Shown here: positions 27,876-39,913 of the stretch, one piece after another
How the letters are laid out: every line of letters starts with the position of its first letter
Position numbering within the stretch: position 1 is the first letter of the stretch
Assembly (NCBI GenBank): GCA_010093815.1
Contig: ML996575.1
Direction: 5' to 3' (one strand)
Source of the DNA: Pseudovirgaria hyperparasitica
Taxonomy: Eukaryota
Length of the DNA: 64,000 bases
Made by a program: the position numbers and the translations under genes
Notes under the pieces: model-generated
What the model saw: the letters and a program-made list of their open reading frames with translations, nothing else
Database searches by the model: none
Told to the model about the DNA's origin: nothing

Positions 27876-29965
27876 ATGGCTGCAACTGATACACACCATG
27901 ATGCTGTCGAGATGCCATTCGATCCCAACAAAATCCAGGCCATATATGATGAGCAACGCAATTTACGCCTCAATGATGAAGATACCCAAAGGTATCGCCA
28001 TGTGACAGGGGGTGGCTTCGGTGTTGCTCAAAAGCACGGGAATACGGAGTCCAAATTCATCAGGGACGGGATTTCTGCTAAGTACGAGGTCATCATCGTA
28101 GGTGGAGGTTTTGGGGGACTTTTAAGTGCTATTCAGTTGCTTAAAAGCGGCATTCAAGACTTTGCTATTATCGAGCAAGGTCGTGATTTCGGGGGTACGT
28201 GGTAAGTCTGCATGAATTGACCTTGAAATCCTGCGATCACATCCGTAACAAAGCTCGTAGATTAACTTTCTTCAAGGTACTGGAACAAATACCCTGGAGC
28301 GCAGTGTGATGTTGAGTCATACATCTACTTGCCTCTTCTGGAAGAGGTCAATTACATGCCGAAAGAGAAATATAGCTACGCGCCGGAAATTTTCCGCCAT
28401 GCGCAGACCTTGGGTCGCCATTTTGGTCTGTATTCAAAAGCATTGTTCCAGACTACAGTTAAAAGTCTTCACTGGTCAGGGAGCTCCCACCTTTGGAAGG
28501 TAGAGACGGACCAGAGCGATCACCTGTCTGCGCGATGGGTGGTCCTCTGCCCAGGAAATCAAAGCACTCCTAGATTCCCAAACATACCAGGGGTTGAGTC
28601 TTTCCAAGGAGCAAGCTTCCACACATCTCGGTGGGATTATTCATACACGAAAGGCGAAGGTGATGGCAAGCTGCTTGGTCTGAAAGGAAAACGGGTCGGT
28701 ATCATCGGTACTGGAGCTTCGGCTGTAAGTATTTATCATGTCGAATTTCAATCGCAATGCACCGTATATCTCAGCAATCACCGATAATACCAGTAGCTGT
28801 GGATAGGATTCAAGAAGCATGATGATAGTTGACATGGTTTAAAGGAGGCACGATTGGGCGAAATTCATATCTGAGGCTGATTATGATACAGGTCCAAGTT
28901 GTGCCAAACGTAGCAGATTACGCGCAGCATCTCTTCGTGTTCCAGCGCACACCGTCCTCAATTAGTGTTCGCAACAACCATCCAACGAGCGAGCCGTGGG
29001 CGCTATCACTAGGATATGGGTGGCAGCGTAGAAGAATGGACAACTTTCATGCCATAACTACGGGCATTGCGGACCCGAACGAAGGTGATTTGGTCAACGA
29101 TGCATGGACTACAATGTTGCGCAAGGTCGCCGGGGGTCTGTCTACAAAGAACTCTGGAAGCAACGGCAATCCAGCCCAGCCTGATCTTCAACAGATGGCA
29201 CAAGCATCTCAGCTTGCAGATTTTGAGGTCATGGAGGGTATACGAGCTCGCGTCGACCGAGTAGTCACAAAGAACTCAGATACAGCTTCAGCATTGAAGC
29301 CATGGTACAATTTGTTGTGCAAGCGGCCGTGCTTCCATGATGGATACTTGCAGACGTTCAATAAAGAGAACGTCACATTGGTGGACACCTCAGGCAAAGG
29401 CGTCGAAGCGGTCACATCAGAAGGCGTGGTTGTAAGAGGCCAACACATAGAGTTGGACTGCATAATTTACGCAACAGGCTTCGCATGGCAGACCGAATGG
29501 ACAGAACGTACTGGCATACAGATTTTTGGCCGCGACGGACTCCCAATAACGAAAAAGTGGGCTGAAGGCATGTCAACATTTCATGGCTGGGGCACGCATG
29601 GCTTTCCAAACTTGATATTGATGACACATGCCCAGTCTGGCCTGTCAGTAAATTACACACACACGATAATCGAGAAGGCAGAGCATATGGCATATATCAT
29701 TGAGAGTTGCCGAGCTCGGGGTATACAGGCAGTCGAGCCGACTGGTGAGGCTGAGAACGCCTGGGTTCACGAATGTCTGCGCGTTGCTGAGCCAAGGAAT
29801 GAATTCCTTCGTCGCTGCACCCCCAGCTACTTCAACTACGAAGGGCAAATGAGTACTAAGCTGCTTCGGTCGAACTTTTACTCAGGCTCTCCTAATGAAT
29901 ATCAGCGCGAACTTACTAGATGGAGAGAGAATGGTGAATTGGAAGGGCTTATCCTCCATTATTAA
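27876..29965 (+). CDS. Type I Baeyer-Villiger monooxygenase (FAD/NADPH), 3 exons
   Basis: FAD motif GGGFGG, FGGTW|YWNKYPGAQCDVES, BVMO fingerprint FQGASFHTSRW, NADPH motif IGTGASA|VQ, FQRTP, CKRPCFHD (catalytic Arg) and IYATGF. Confidence 0.93.
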
Positions 29966-30268
29966 GACAACTACATAGACTTACTCGTATTTTGTCTAAG
30001 GACTAATGAGACTATTATCTAATTTCTCGTTTCACAACAAGGTTTCTATGTCAAAAAAGTCTCTCATCAGGCACCCAGCGTATTAAGGTGTAGCCAAAGC
30101 TCAGACGAATGTTAGTCTATTACTGGGCATGTCGAATTGGTCGAGCTGCCATGCAATACTTCAAACAGAGAGATAAGTTAGGTATATTATGAGCGGATAT
30201 ATTGTTTGACTTTTGAATATTAAATTCCTGGAGTTCATCATGTCTGTAACTAACTCGAGGTACACGAT

Positions 30269-32641
30269 CTAGACCTTCAATAACTCTAGCAAGGATTGAA
30301 TGGCTTTATTCTCAATCTCACAGTGCTTCTCGATCCCCGCAACCTCCGCCAATATCTGCATGCCTAGTTTGCTAAGCATAGTAATGGTGTACTCGACACT
30401 ACCAGACTCCTGCAGATATTGGAGGATGAGTCTCTTTTGAGCCTCGGAAAGTTTTCCTGTATTGTGCCGCTGTGAAATTATATTTTCCAGCAGATGAGAT
30501 TCCGAGTGAGTAAATGCATATATCAGAGCAATGCTGAGTTTCCCTCCATCCAAGTCTTCACAAAATCCTTTTTGCTCCATATACTTGTTCCGGTCAGTTT
30601 TGATTTCCGTCTACGAATGTATCATGAACAGACATACCTCTGGTAAGTTAAGGTTTGCATAATCGTCGCGAATTTGGAAATACCTTCCGAACAGGGTCAT
30701 AAGAGGTATAAGATTTGGCACCAAAGGCAACCGGGCTTTGGCCATCATGAGTCTTGCAAGTAATCGGAAAAGGCCACCAGTTTCTAGAGATGGCAATTAG
30801 TAGGGGTTATATTGATTGGATCAGGACTTGGAGGCATACTTCCGTCAATCATTACCAAAAATTGTTGCAAGGTCGGACGGATCCCGTTCGAACTCCAGTA
30901 CAGATCATAGCTTTGGCCAATAAAGAGATTTCTTATTTCTTCTGTAATCTAGTGTTAGCGAAATGCTGACGGGCTTGAGCATATCTTATCACTCGGAGAT
31001 AGCTTACCACTGAAGATATCGAGACCTTGTGTGTCATCGTGCTTTCTGATAATGCTCATAGCTTCGAGAATGTAATAGCTGGCCGAGTTGATCGTTTGTG
31101 GGGCACCAAAGACCATATGAGTCGATGGCTTACCACGACGGAGACTTGAGTCATCCTGAACATCATCGAGCATCAGTGAGGCATTATGTAACATACCAAC
31201 TGCCTGATTTATCCACGACATATCGTCTGGTGCAACATCTAGCCATACATTGATAGCGTTGCCGATTAATTCTCGAATGTTTTTGGATGGAAGCGATGCT
31301 ACATACTCGGCTGGCGCCGAGAGAACCTAGAAATCTGTCAGCATTCCTCTCAATCTGACATGACTATAGCACTGGGGTACATACCGTTCCTGGCAATTCA
31401 GGGAGTCTGGTTGTAGATACTATAGTGGCATCAATGGTGTCGCACATCTCTTTCTCTGGAGCTATGCTAGCATTCGAGGATGGTGGTGTCGGAACATTGT
31501 GGTCGAGGGATCCTTCAGTTAGCATAAGTTGCGAGAGCTGTAGTGTATTTAACTTCTGCTCTGGATGATACCTCGGGCATGAATTTCCCCACATAAGATT
31601 ACCGCTGATCATGTATCCCATAGCCTCGATGAAAACCCGCGAGTCGAGTGAGAGCTGTTCATTTGCCTTCACGTCTTTTATCGTGTCAACATATGTAGCC
31701 ACAAACTGCTTTACCATCTGGAGAATACGACACTGTGCATCTCCAAGACTCATAGACTCCTGTGTCATCAGGATCCAAAGGCTATTGGTCATACTTGATT
31801 TGTTAAGCATTTTTGCCAGCTTCTGCTCCTTCTCCCACGACTGGATATCGTTCGTGAGTACTGCAGCTAACCACACAGGTCGAGTCAGTTGTACACATAG
31901 ATCCATCTCCTCTGGAGGGATCGTTATAGCCATGCCAAAAGTGGCTATAGCGATCAAGAAACTATAGTATCGTCAGTTTGTATGTATGCCTCAAGAAACA
32001 TCAGAGCGAATAGACGTACTAGGACCCACTATCAACTACCCGATAGTTTAGATAATCATCCAATGACGGAAAATGCGACGGGTCACGCTTTAAGTCGAGA
32101 TCTTTCTTCCAATAGTCTATAACATTCTTCGCTCTCACGGGGTCGATAGCGGACAGCTCTTTGAAGATGTTGGCTAGGATTTTTCTTTCGCCATTCAAGT
32201 CGACGCTGACTTCGCCAATCTCCGGGCTCCAGTCCAAAGCATCCATGACCTGAGCGTTTAGCTCAATGGCCTATCACGGCAGTTAGTAGCTAGGTAGAAT
32301 TGGACAACCATTGGTCGAGTCATAGCAACCTTTGAGATCTTAGCTACGTCAATAACATCGTCGTGAAGAAAGCCAAATTCCATGATATAAGCAACAATTC
32401 CTAACCGTTCTGGTCGACATTCTGGTATGGCTGCTGAAGTGAAGTTGTACAATGGCCCCATATTCCCTCCTAGTGATGTTGCAGGTAGCGGACCGACATA
32501 CTTTCGCCAATCATTCCGCAGTCGGACAGTAGCAGCATCGTCCAGATAAGAGTAGCGGCTCACGCGCACAGGAATTCCAACGCAAAGCCCTTGATTGTCA
32601 TATGACTCTGGATCAATCATGTATGAGTAACGGTACTCCAT
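30269..32641 (-). CDS. Bifunctional (chimeric) terpene synthase: class I terpene cyclase plus trans-prenyltransferase
   Basis: Exons 32641-32330, 32270-32020, 31961-31385, 31326-31008, 30941-30840, 30783-30638 and 30583-30269 total 2022 nt (673 aa) with no stops. Cyclase motifs: PECRPERL, FLHDDVID, YRVVD, NDIQSWEKE, W..SCPRY. Prenyltransferase motifs: SKNIR, HNASLMLDDVQD..RRGKP, GQSYDL, KTGGLF, FQIRDDYAN, GFCEDLD. Confidence 0.95.
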
Positions 32642-33009
32642 CGTTAACAAGCTCGGTCTGTCTTTTAGTTTAAACTTTGTGTTTCGTGGAAAGGAAGTGT
32701 GATGCGACGGCGTTTGCAAAGCTGGATAGTACCTAGAATTATATAACCTCGTAATGTTACATTACGCTTCACAAAGGGGCCAGTCAGTGATGCCCAAGTT
32801 CCCTAGCATACCCTTCCAAATGCACTAGCGTAATCCGCGTGGGATTGACATGTTATCCTACAACTTAAGTCGTACCATCATGACCAAACTGTAGCTAAAG
32901 AGTTTGTGCATACAGACCTAGCGTCAGCACCGGAGTATGGGAACGCTATCTGGGTATAACCTTTCAGCGCAACTGCTATCAGACACCTACATATGTGCCA
33001 TCTGCATTT

Positions 33010-33333
33010 CAGATAGTAATCATGTATTATCAGTATTATTGGTCAAAGTAATACTAACATAAGATACCTTATCCTGTATATTATCTATGTTACTATTACT
33101 CTTATAGTTAAGTCTAAACTACCTAGACTATGTATGAAAACATACCTATAGTATATTATAGTAGTAGGAGAGTTTATTTTCATAGATAATTTGTAATGTC
33201 TAATTTTTTCTAAGATAATACCTTCATTTCTATAGATAACTAATAGAAGTAAGAGTAAATCGTAAGCCTCAACAAATTTAACACGATATTTAAGAATAAT
33301 ATAGTAAAGTAGAAGCTAAATGTATACACGTAC

Positions 33334-33371
<38 letters not shown>

Positions 33372-33745
33372 CTAGATAGAGTATCCTTTCTAATTAATGC
33401 TTAACACAGTAGCGATACTTATGTATATACTATGTAGTACTATATAATTAGAAGAGATGTATTAATACTTAGTGGGATACGAAATAGATCTTTATAACCG
33501 ATTCTCTTATCATAAAATTTCTTCTAATATTATCTATTTGATACTATAAGATATTCTATATTAGTACACAAGAGAATAGTAGATTAGAGTTGGAGTTAAA
33601 TCTACTATAGATAATCTTATAGGTAGTTTCTTATAAGTCTCAATATATAGAAAATTCTAGATATAGTAACGACATAAAATACTAAATATATTCATATTTG
33701 TTTTCGTATATATAGGACTACTATGCAGGATAATATCTCGTATAC
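33010..33745. mobile_element. AT-rich RIP-like degenerate repeat relic with (TA)n tract
   Basis: Abrupt drop in G+C, TpA-rich and CpA-poor by eye, no ORF of 60 aa or more, (TA)n at ~33337-33367. Confidence 0.6.
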
Positions 33746-34218
33746 CTCATTGACTATGGTGAATAGAGGTGTCGCGTCTGGGCAAACATGCTAAAAGATG
33801 CGCTGAAAAAGTTACAGACGGATAAATGTTAACGGCTTCCCTCCGAGGCTTGAGGCTGCGGGATAAATAATGTGACCGAGAGATGGGTGAAGTGAAAGTC
33901 ATCGAAGCTACAGCACTAACGCATTGACCCATGTAGCTAGAAATGATTTGACACTCCGCAAACAGTTGCTTGCAGTTGATAAAAGTAGCTTTGACATCTC
34001 AGCTGAGAACTGTGGATTATGGTGTCAGCTGAGAAATATTCGACGTTTGACGCATGCCTACCTTCATTTGTGGCGTATACCCGAAGCCGATAACTATGAA
34101 TCATATCGACAATCGACGAATAGGTGATACCAGAAGGTCCGTCTTGGTATAAAGCCTCTGGCTGGTCCTTATCAGCGAAGTAGATTGATTTCCCTCCAGA
34201 CACGAAATCTCCCATATC

Positions 34219-36212
34219 ATGGCTGGCACTCTGTATCATGATATTTCTTCTCTTGGTATTCAATTGTGCCGTTGGGCACAAAATCGACCATACGATTTTC
34301 TACTCACACTTGGTGCTTGGTTGATTGGATATGGAATCTCAGTAGTTGTATACCGCTTGGTATTGTCACCTTTAGCAGGAATACCCGGTCCGAAACTTGC
34401 CGCTGCTACAGGGTGGTACGAGACTTTTATAGACCTCTGGAGCAATGATTTTCCGGAGGTGCTCAGACGACTACACGAGAAATACGGTAAGAGTTGAACT
34501 TGCGAGTGCGTTCGTCTAGACCGCAGAACTGAGATAACCGACTATAGGTCCCATCGTACGTGTCACCCCATGGGAGGTCCACATCAATGATTCCCACTTT
34601 TACGATAAGCTCTTCGTGACAGCACATAAACGGCGAACGGATATTAGCCCTTTGTCCAATCCAACAACATTCAGCTTGGGTTGTGAAGACTCTATAATCT
34701 CCACAAGATCGCATGACCGACATCGCCAGATGCGTAAACCTTTGGAGAGTTTCTTCTCACGCCAAGGTATTTCGCGCATAGAAGATATCATCCATGGCGA
34801 AGTCCGCCTTCTCGATACAAAGTTCCAATCTCGAAAGGGCACTGGTGAGGTAATCTGGCTAAATGCAGTCTTCGCGTCCTTCGCGGGAGACGTGATTGGA
34901 TGTGTCACATGCGGCGACAATCCTGGATTTCTAGAAGGGAAAGACTTTTCTCCTGAATGGTACGGCCTCAAAGCATGGATACTAATGCCCGATAATTTAC
35001 TATATTTCAGGTACACCACAAATCGAAAGCTGTTGGAAGTTATTCCTATAATTCGTAACTTCCCATGGCTCACTAGGTATATTGCACTACTAGTCTGTTA
35101 CTTTAAGAAGTGTATCTGACTTTATGAACTTGGTAGGCTGGTAAGAGCCGTACCGCGCTGGATTGTCGACAAGGTCAATCCTAGTGTATCCAGCCTTAGT
35201 TTACTCAAATTGGTTCGTCTCATCTGTAGACTTGGAGTCGTGAGTTTGTACTAATTGAATGGATGTCAGTTTGGTGAGAATCAAATAAGCAAGATACGGA
35301 GCGAGATCGATCAGGCCGAAACAAGTGAAAAGAGTCAGAAAACCTCTGTGTTCCGCCACTTGCTCGAAAGTGACGTGGATGAGTCCGTCAAATCGATTCC
35401 ACGACTTCAAGGGGAGGCTTTCATTCTAGAAGGAGCAGGGACTGTGACAACCACTTCTACTCTAGTAATGACCACATACTATATTCTTGCTAATCCTGCA
35501 GTAGAGCAATGCTTGCGGAAGGAACTCGCAAGTACGATGGGAGACTTTCCCCATACCATCCCAAAATGGACAGAACTTGAGAAGATACCATATCTTGCCG
35601 CGTGCTTGAAGGAGGGACTCAGGTGGGTGAATGGCAATGGGTTACGCCACTCTCGCCATCGGTATCTGATCTCCCGACAGGCTCAATCGCCATTTCAGGC
35701 GACAAGTCCGCATATCTCCTGATGAGGACCTTCACTACCAACACTGGATTATACCTAAGAATGTATGTTGCTGTGGATTTTGTTGTGGAGTCATGACTAA
35801 CATCACTTTTTCCCGTAGACACCTGTGGGTATGTCTAACTACCTCTTACAAACAAACGCGGATGTATTTCCGGAGCCCATGAAGTTCAAGCCGGAACGTT
35901 GGATAGGACATTATAATCCTGAGATGGATAGGCACTGGGTGCCATTCGCACGTGGTTCTCGGAATTGTCTGGGCATGAAGTAAGTATTGTCATCCTTATT
36001 TCAGCGGCCTTTGAAGCAATACTAGGACTTATCATTTCGTTCACAGTTTGTCTATGGCCGAGATGTATATTGTTTTGGGTACCTTGTTTCGCCAAGGGGC
36101 GTACAAGATATCTCTCGTAGATTGTGATGAGCGGGATATTCTACCGGTGCAAGATAGTGATATCGGCTGTCCTAGAGCAGACAGCAGGGGACTTAGAGTC
36201 AGGTTGGACTAG
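34219..36212 (+). CDS. Cytochrome P450, TRI4/CYP58-like (8 exons)
   Basis: [39 protein letters not shown]-helix GAGTVTT, KEGLR, FKPERW, heme motif [11 protein letters not shown] and C-terminal RGLRVRLD*. Seven GT-AG introns restore the frame. Confidence 0.92.
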
Positions 36213-37430
36213 ATTTACAGTTATGGCTGCTGCTCAGAGACATCTGGACACTTATTTGGCTTTCGGCGACCTATCGATGAACAAACCATCGGCCCTTTTC
36301 TCAGTTTGGGTGTAAGCGCGTTCTCTCTACGTTATTTGAACTTTGCGCTATGATTCCAGGTCAAGTACGACGTGTTTGGATTATGTCCTACCCCGTGTAT
36401 ACCCACTATTTTCACAAGCCATGCGAGTTTCGGCATGGCTGTCTCCGGACTCAATATCTTCCATATTAGTTCTTGCTTACTTCGCGATATCTTAAGTATC
36501 AAGTGTCTACAGGAGTCGACAAGGGCCGGGCTCCGTGCATCCCGGACGGGTTGTAAATGTGCCATGTCTCGATTGCTCTGATTATTTAAACGTGCCTTCC
36601 GGCTCTGGTCATTTTCGTTCCCTTATTCTGCCTTGTCGGCTTCATCTTGCGCTGACATCCGCACGCGAAACGGATCTAAGCCTTCAAGGCCTTTATCTGT
36701 TGCAACTCTATCATCTCCCTTGAGTAGTACTAAGGCTACTTGGGAGATTATAATATAGAGAGTTTTGGTAAATTATGTCGTCCAAATAAGAATGATTCGT
36801 AATTAGCGAGCTTTAGTGCTATGGATTGAATCTCAGAAACTAAGCCATACCTTCCACCTTAGGCCTTGCGCTAAGGATACTCAAGCAGGGGTCGGAAGCT
36901 AAGGTTAATCCCCAATTTTCTCCTCGAACCTTAACGTTTTGGTGCATGACATGGATGGATAGACTGGGTTTGTCCTAGTAGTCTTTGAAGCACGTACCTA
37001 GAACGCGTTAGTACGTCTGTTGGAGACGGTGCAAAATACGCCTAGACGACAAGCAACAACAAACCATTCCGAGTACTTGCCTCGAGGTCAACTGCGGCCG
37101 AATCACATACCAGGATTTTGCGAACTCCAAATACAAAGTCATCAACTATTTGGCTTTCTTCAGACAGACAAAAAAGCTCTTGGATGGTCTCTGGGACAGA
37201 GACGGCCGATGAAAGCCCTCACTGCACACCACCCCGGTCTACGCCAGAAAGAAGTACATTGCGCAAGATCAGCTCACGTGGATCCGAGTTCGCTTTAACA
37301 TCTGCATACCCGTCGAGGTAAAGTTTAGAAACAAACCTTAAAGGTTTCTTATGAGCTATTAAATACCGCATGAACTCGCTGAAGCTAGATATCCTGCAAC
37401 TCTGGATGAAGAGCATAGTTGCAAGGTTGT

Positions 37431-37482
37431 AACGTACGTGTGGATGAGAACATACGTGTGGATGGGAACGTACGTGTGGATG
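37431..37482. repeat. 18-bp-period minisatellite x3
   Basis: aacgtacgtgtggatg-ag / aacatacgtgtggatg-gg / aacgtacgtgtggatg. Confidence 0.8.
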
Positions 37483-38908
37483 CTGGAAAATTCCGTGATG
37501 TCCCTACTCTATACTTGTTTGGCTTCTGCTTCTCAAACAGGCTCCATGTAAGACTACCTCCTGCTGACTGTTACTCCCTCAATCTAAAAGCAAGCTGACT
37601 TAATCTGTATAGTACACACATGCTACTCGCTGGCATTTCCATGTGCGTTTTGCTAGTCTAGTCCGGCGCCGTCTTCTCTACCTTCTTCCGACACGCTCTT
37701 GTGTTGTACTGGACTTGTGACCCGATTATCCATAGTCTAGGCGCAGCATACATGGCCCATGAGTTTCTCAAGCCAAAGAAAGGGCAGATGCTCTCAAAAA
37801 CATGATAAAGCAGCCAGGAACATCAGGATTGGAGTGGTAATCTCTTTCGGGTATGTCTCGTCTGGTAATCTCTCGCCCTCAGATCCACAGGCTAAGGATA
37901 GGTTCGTTCTGATACTACGATGTGAGCACTACATAATTATCAGACCGGCCACCTACCTTGCTCTACTGTCATTTTAGGGGACGAGCGGGCATTAATGGTA
38001 ATGCAAAGTAGCAATATATATACACGCACTGACGCCTGTATCGGACAGGCTCATGTTCCACTATCAAAGCTTCCTCAACGAGCCAAACGCAGCTTATCAC
38101 GTGGACGACTGCCATGGTCGGATGGCAGCACACGCCTTACGCCAGGTGCTTTCACACTATCACATAAGACGTGAGACGCGGAACTGGCCGTTCATACTGT
38201 AGCTTATGACTTTCCATGCGATTAATATTATGGTTGACCAAGACTAGTATATCATGTGCCTTATCGACCTGGAATGGGTAAGTTCTTTGTCTATAGAGCA
38301 TCTCTCAGTGCCTTACTGATATATCGGAAGAGGAGTCGAGCAGATACGCGGAGAGCATCTTGATGAGATTAATAGAGTGCGTGAGAAAGTTTATGCGTAT
38401 GTTTAAGGATGAAAGATTTAGCGAGTATTGTTGCAAAGATCCTTAGGCAGAAAGAAAGATACGACCAGAAGATTCACAGGCTGTCTGTTATATGTAAGGA
38501 AAGATTGCACTCTGAAGCTGGGTCGTGAGCCAAATTGGGAAAAAATCTATGTGGAAGAAAATATTCGTGGTACTGCAATGGTCGCTGCCTGTTACCTTGC
38601 GTGAATGGCAGTAGGTCTTGCAATATATAACCGACTGATCTCGTATGGAGCGTACGGTCATGTATGCTCTGAACGAGCATAGGCTTTCGAAACATAGAAG
38701 AGCATGTCGTGTCCAAGAGCGATGAGAAGTCAGGATATGCCCAGTAGCCTTGAGTTCAATGCTGAAGTACAAGGTATTAAGTCTTGGTCCTCGAAGTTCT
38801 AGCTCTAGCTCCAAGGTGGAGAGCCAAATGTGTCTGCAGAAGAAAAAATGTACGTATTCGAATTGCGTAGAAGCAAACATGCTCGTGACCAGACCAATCA
38901 CCTCAACT

Positions 38909-39760
38909 TCACCCCTCAGCATCAATCGCCTTTTGCAAATTCACCGTGAACGTACTATCTTTGAACGGCACCGTTGCGTCTCCAAAGTCCGTATCCGTCA
39001 GTGCCTACAAGTCAAATCATCAGCACACTTCAACCCTTATCACCCACCAGTACAGACTCACCGTCCTCGCCGCAGTTGTCAGGCTCTCCCACGCCACCAA
39101 CGGCTGCTCGCCACCCACATCGCTCGTGAACACCATCTGATGATTCACCGGAAACACACTCCGATACCCGACCAAGGGCCTGGCACCGCTATAGCTTGGG
39201 CTCGCAGACACATCGTAGTTGCCATGCGCAGAGACGGCGAATGAGAGCGTCGTAGCCGTCTCCGACGCGGCGCTCAGCCATACTACAATGTTCTCCCACT
39301 CGTGTCGGTGGCCGAGGCCCGATGACGGCGAGTCTTTGGGCATATACCACGAGTACATGATGGCGTAACGCCCAGCGAAGGATGTGGCGCGTGAGTATAC
39401 TTGGCCGGTGCTGCTGGAGCAGTCGCCGTCGGAGACACCGGTTGTGGCGAGGCCGCCGCTGTTGATAAAGTGTTAGTGCATGCTCGATGGGAGGAGGATT
39501 TGAGTCATAGGGCGGCGAGAGCAGGAAACGAACCCCGTGTCGCCGTTGGCTTGCACAGCAGGGAAGGGTACACAGCCATTGAAGATCTTCAGGAAAGGCT
39601 TATATTTGAGGTAGAGCGTGCCGGTGGTGCCTGATGGAACGGTTTGGGCGAAAGGAACCACAGCGTCGTGGGCTATTACTGCGCGGCTCTCGAGGGTGAG
39701 GGGAAAGGCAGAAGTAAGGCTCGCAAAGAGGGCAGAGATGACGAACGTCTTGACCTGCAT
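38909..39760 (-). CDS. Necrosis- and ethylene-inducing peptide 1-like protein (NLP/NPP1, type 1), 3 exons
   Basis: Signal peptide MQVKTFVISALFASLTSA, KYKPFLKIFNGCVPFPAV, second Cys in GDCSSSTGQVY, AIMYSWYMPKDSPSSGLGHRHEWE and last exon ALTDTDFGDATVPFKD. Confidence 0.95.
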
Positions 39761-39913
39761 CGTCAGTAAGATGTATTCAATTGATAGAACACTTGCGCGG
39801 GTGAGTCGGAGCTGAGAATGATCCTCGCGAGGTTGACTGTCCTAGTAGAGTCGACTCTGAGTGAATTTGTTTCTTGCATAAACGTTTGAACCAGGAAATG
39901 TTACACTCTATAA

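Noticed and set aside
37431..37482. Spaced short repeats considered as CRISPR-like
   Set aside because: Eukaryotic DNA, only 2-bp spacers and no cas genes; a simple minisatellite.
36300..38800. Possible additional cluster gene downstream of the second P450
   Set aside because: Only short ORFs without recognisable motifs; I could not build a spliced model.
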